From Cyanophora paradoxa CCMP329 (Eukaryota; Plantae; Glaucophyta): a stretch of 64,000 bases of DNA. Position numbers and translations under genes: made by a program. Shown here piece after piece: positions 60,354 to 64,000 of this stretch (the first letter of the stretch is position 1; each line of letters opens with the position of its first letter). The notes beneath the pieces were generated by a model. It was not told the DNA's origin, did no database searches, and saw only the letters and a list, made by a program, of their open reading frames with translations. The stretch lies in assembly GCA_004431415.1 (NCBI GenBank), contig QPMI01000165.1, positions 124,001 to 188,000 on the forward strand, read 5' to 3'.

Positions 60354-60476
60354 CACCACCTCTCCACCACGCAGGTCCCGCACTGCATGAACTGCAGGAA
60401 GGAGTGGTCGCCCGAGTTCCTCGACACCGTGACGACTAAGGCCTTCCGTGAAGGCCCCCTGAAGCAGAAGCGCCTC
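60354..60476 (+). pseudogene. NCLDV RING-finger protein, second piece
   Basis: HHLSTTQVPHCMNCRKEWSPEFLDTVTTKAFREGPLKQKR. Confidence 0.7.
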
Positions 60477-61030
60477 ACCGTCAGCGCTACTAGCTACTTT
60501 CGCGTCCCCTTCTTCCTCTTCCCCCCCTTCTTCGTCACCGACGGCTTCGTGCCCGTCTCCTCCTCCTCCTCCGCCTCCGCCTCCACCCCGCCCGCCGCTG
60601 CCGCCCCTGCTTCCACCCCTACCGCCCCCACCGCCGCGGCGGTGGCGGCGGTCACGGGGAGCCCCGCCTCCGCCGCCGCGGCGACCATGGACGCCGCCAT
60701 CTCGTCGCCCTCCGGCCCCGCCATCTCCCGCTCCACCAGGGTCCGCACGTCGTCTGCAAACCCGCTTGAGAGCAGCTTCCCGATGGCCGCGGGGCCCGGG
60801 AGGCCGCCGGAGAGCGCGGTCGCCATCTCGGGGGAGGCCGCAGGGGGAAGCGGGGCGGCGGCAGGCGGGGCGGCGGCGCGGCGGGGGCGGCGGGTCGACG
60901 GCCGGCGGCGGCGGCAGCGCTGGCGGCCCGCCGGCGCCGGCCGCGGCCGCCTCGACGGCGGGGGCGCCTCTGCAACGACGACGACGGCGGCAACAAAGAA
61001 GGGGACCGTCAGCGTCGTGTTCTAGCTCGT

Positions 61031-61507
61031 TCAGGCGCCCCCCCCTTTTGTGATAGCCGTGATTGTGCACAAAAGAGCATGGCGTCGTCCTCCGCCGGCG
61101 GCGGCCGGCTCGAAGCCTGGCTCAGGCAGCTGGCGGACCCTAGGGAGCCGAAGCTCGAACTGCTGGCGACGTACGTCGGGGGCCCCCGCAGCAACCCCGG
61201 CGAGCGGATACGGCTTGGGCTGACGACTGAGGCCTGGGCCCGGGCGCAGGACGTCGCGCGCGCGCAGGTGCGGCAGCGGCGCGCTCGCCTCGCGCGCGGC
61301 CGCCTCGATGGCGTCCAGCACGGCCGGGTTGGAGGCGAGGCGCCGGCACGCGAGCCGGGCACGCGCCCACTCGCGCAGGATGGGCGCCTTGTGCTCCCCG
61401 GCCCAGGCCTCGTGCAGGCGCCGGCACACTAGTACGACGCTCGCGAGGTCGCGCGGGTCCAGGCGGCCGAGGATGCACGCGAGGAGCTCGTCGGGGAGGG
61501 AGTTCAT
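61031..61507 (-). CDS. F-box protein (C-terminus possibly chimeric)
   Basis: MNSLPDELLACILGRLDPRDLASVVLVCRRLH. Confidence 0.7.
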   Translation of the reverse strand: MNSLPDELLACILGRLDPRDLASVVLVCRRLHEAWAGEHKAPILREWARARLACRRLASNPAVLDAIEAAAREASAPLPHLRARDVLRPGPGLSRQPKPYPLAGVAAGAPDVRRQQFELRLPRVRQLPEPGFEPAAAGGGRRHALLCTITAITKGGGA

Positions 61508-61544
61508 GGCGCGCGGTGGCGGCGCCGGCGGTCGGACCGGATCG

Positions 61545-62145
61545 ATGGGGGGTACAGTTATATTTTATCTACAGAATACTCTACCCCGCGACCGAAAGCG
61601 GATGGACGAATACAGTCGCGCCATCGTAGCGAGCCTTCCGCGCCGGTACCAAGCCGGCGCAAATGCGCTGTATGTGCCACCCGGCGAGGTCGACCGGAGC
61701 GTCTCGGGCGTGCAATTCATGGAAGAGCGCGAAACGAATTGGAGAGGATGGCTCATTAGTGGTTCGGACAGCTATAGGGTTCCTGTGGTCGGAAAGCTCT
61801 CGGCATGGCCAGCGGGCCCCTCGAGTTTGAGCTCCGAAGACTGGATGCACCTAAATGACACGGTGACAGGGCTTGTCATTCAGCAGAGGGCCTTCGGTTA
61901 CAGTGCCAGGTATCCAGTTGCAGCACGCCCCATCATGTGGACCGTGCTGAAGCAGGCGCATCCAAGGGCACAGGGCGCGCTTAGCAGACTAGGCGAGTCC
62001 CCGCTCGAGGGGCCATTGGTCTGGATTGAAATCATCATGGAGGATGCGGGCCCCTCCATCAAAAGGCTTATCCAGGACAGGCAGATCAGCCTTGCTTCAT
62101 CAGAGGGCACTGGAAGGGACCTCATGAGGAGCCTGGTGAGACGAT
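61545..62145 (+). pseudogene. Possible protein-kinase-like N-lobe fragment
   Basis: WIEIIMEDAGPSI resembles a kinase hinge; truncated by a Cys-repeat piece. Confidence 0.3.
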
Positions 62146-62640
62146 GGCCCCCTCCACACATCCGTTGAGCGGGCTGGAGCCCGGGGGGCAGCCGTTGGCA
62201 CACGTGCCGTCCGTGGAGCAGATGGGCTTCCCCTGCCCCTCCGTGCACCCGTTCAGGGGGCTGGATCCGGGGGGGCAGCCGTTGGCACACCTGCCGTCGG
62301 TCGAGCAGATGGGCCCCTCGGCGCATCCACTTAGGGGGCTGGAGCCGGGGGGGCAGCCGTTGGAACACCTGCCGTCTGTGGAGCAGATGGGCTTCCCCTG
62401 CCCCTCTGCACACCCGTTCACGGGGCTGGAGCCGGGGGGGCAGCTGTTGGCGCACCTACCGTCGGTGGAGCAAACCGGTTTTCCCTGCCCCTCTGTGCAC
62501 CCGTTCAGGGGGCTGGAGCCCGGGGGGCAGCCGTTGGCACACCTGCCGTCGGTTGAGCAAATGGGCTTCCCCTGTCCCTCTGCACACCCATTCACGGGGC
62601 TGGAGCCCGGGGGGCAGCCGTTGGTGCACATGCCGTCGCA
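62146..62640 (-). pseudogene. Cys-rich tandem repeat fragment (CANGCPPGSSPLNGC.EGQGKPICSTDG)
   Basis: Six near-identical 78-87 bp units; same family as 32100-32945 but on the opposite strand. Confidence 0.8.
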
Positions 62641-62686
62641 TGTTGATTGTCTGTCGCCCAGCGCTGAAAAAAAGTCGCACGTACAC

Positions 62687-63721
62687 CTAGGACCGCCACT
62701 TGATCCGCTCCTGCAGGTCGCGTTCGTCGTCGATCGAGACGCCGCCCCCGTGCCACCGCCTGAGGATCTCGAGGGCCGGCCCGTCGTAGTAGCCGCTGGC
62801 CAGCACGGAGCGCCGGACGTCGCGCGCTGTCACGCGGCTGAAGGCGTCGTGGACCGCCAGCGAGACGTTCAGGCGCCGCCGCCGCATCAGGGCGGAGATC
62901 CTGCGCTTCACCTTGCCGAAGATGCGCTCGATCGGGTTGAACTGCGGCGAGTAGGGGGGCACGTAGTCCAGGGGGCTCGTCTGCTTGCCGTGGCGGTCAA
63001 GCCGCGGGCGGGGGTCCCGCCCCAGGAGGACGCGGGCGAGCTCCGGGATCGCCGGGTCGTTGGGGTTCGCCGCCGCCCTCGCCGGGATGCCCCCCACGAT
63101 CCCGTTCCAGTTGGCCTTCTTGTCGTGGTAGGAGGCCCCGTCCATGATCAGCACCTTCCCCTCGACGAACGACTGCGGGAGGACGCTCGCGATGAAGTCC
63201 CTGAACCACGGCTTCGTCTTGCTCACGGGGTACCCGTAGTTGTCCTCCTTGTGTATCAGGAGGCGGGCCTTGCCCCTGCTCCAGCGCCGGTCGCGGCGGC
63301 CCGGCCTCGCCGCCTTCTGCCGCGACGCTGGGCTCATCCACTCGAACGGTTCTTTCTCCAGGAACATCTCCACCATCATCTTCCTGTCCATTTCGTCCAG
63401 CCGTTCGTCGGGGTCCGGGTTGCCCTCCTCTCCCCCCCTTGCGTGCTTCTTCACCCACATCATGGAGAGGAACTTCCGGACGTTGCCGATCGGGAACGGC
63501 CGCCCCGGCCGCCTCTTTCTCAGCTGCTGCAGCACCCATTCGCGGTTATTCCGTGCCCACCCCGTCACCACCGCCGCCTGCCCGGCGTCCTCGGAGGGGG
63601 GCTGGGGCACATTCTGTGGCTTCACCTCATCCCCGCTGCCGGTGCCGGCGCCTACATGCTCCCCGACAAGACCGCCGTCGCTCCTGTTCCGGTTTGCCAC
63701 CGGCACCTCAAGTTCTGCCAT
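62687..63721 (-). mobile_element. IS630/Tc1-mariner DDE transposase-like ORF (N-terminal half may be chimeric)
   Basis: KVLIMDGASYH and YVPPYSPQFNPIERIFGKVKRRI; no TIRs recognised. Confidence 0.75.
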
Positions 63722-63759
63722 GGCATATCCTCCCTCACTTTCTCACAGGTAAAGGGCGC

Positions 63760-63997
63760 TGCTGTCCTGGCCACGTTGGAGGCCGCCCTGGCACGTGTTC
63801 GCAAGGTCGACATCCACGGGCGCACGTGGATCTCTGCGTTGGACTGGTGCGCGGAGATTGCAGGCGGAGAGCACACAAACCCTTCGAAGATCTGGCACGA
63901 CATGAAGGACAAGGTGAAGGTGAGTGAAGTTTCATGTATCCCCCTCAAGTACCTAGGAGCCCGGTCGAGGCGACCTAACTTTTTAGAAGACACTTAG
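63760..63997 (+). pseudogene. BRO-N-like DNA-binding domain fragment
   Basis: VRKVDIHGRTWISALDWCAEIAGG...NPSKIWHDMK. Confidence 0.5.
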
Positions 63998-64000
63998 CAG

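Larger units (their letters stand above)
22765..64000. mobile_element. Giant endogenous viral element (Nucleocytoviricota), fragmented and shuffled; continues beyond window
   Basis: Recognisable fragments of MCP, A32 ATPase, A22-type resolvase, YqaJ exonuclease, PrimPol Zn-ribbon, D5-like C-terminus, NCLDV RING protein, BRO-N and fibre repeats; gene-dense and largely intron-poor compared with the left flank. Confidence 0.88.

Noticed and set aside
62144-63997. 617-aa plus-strand ORF
   Set aside because: It is antisense to the Cys repeats and the transposase, with only a terminal BRO-N-like piece coding.
22765-64000. Ciliate-style programmed gene scrambling with pointer repeats
   Set aside because: The matched fragment ends I could check abut without duplicated pointer sequences. 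Programmed unscrambling is not supported, though not excluded.
22765-64000. Bacterial contamination or prophage
   Set aside because: The hallmarks are Nucleocytoviricota-type, with eukaryotic domains and spliceosomal introns; no operon-like bacterial genes.

Overview
Very GC-rich eukaryotic DNA with two compartments. (1) Positions 1-~19.8 kb hold intact, collinear, intron-rich host genes of a plastid-bearing protist: a TmcB/TmcC-like membrane protein, a RidA-family protein, a Pro-rich membrane protein, a plastid-targeted Rieske oxygenase (PAO/TIC55 family) head-to-head with an F-box gene, and the 3' end of a NAK/AAK1-like kinase. A near-identical 2.9-kb duplicate of host DNA follows at 19841-22764. 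(2) From 22765 to the end lies an endogenous giant-virus (Nucleocytoviricota) region, with pieces of major capsid protein, A32 packaging ATPase, A22-like Holliday junction resolvase, YqaJ exonuclease, PrimPol Zn-ribbon, D5-like C-terminus, fibre proteins and others. The key observation is that this viral region is a patchwork of roughly 50-2000 bp fragments joined in shuffled order and orientation, not a collinear provirus. Several genes can be reassembled, with little or no sequence missing, from pieces up to 33 kb apart. This suggests a viral genome that was shattered and re-stitched into the host chromosome, and could act as a fragment archive. Other notable items are spliceosomal introns in viral-region genes, virion-anchor/galectin genes, a half-aquaporin and a TATA-linked repeat array. 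All family calls come from motif recognition by eye, not database searches, and many fragment boundaries are approximate.
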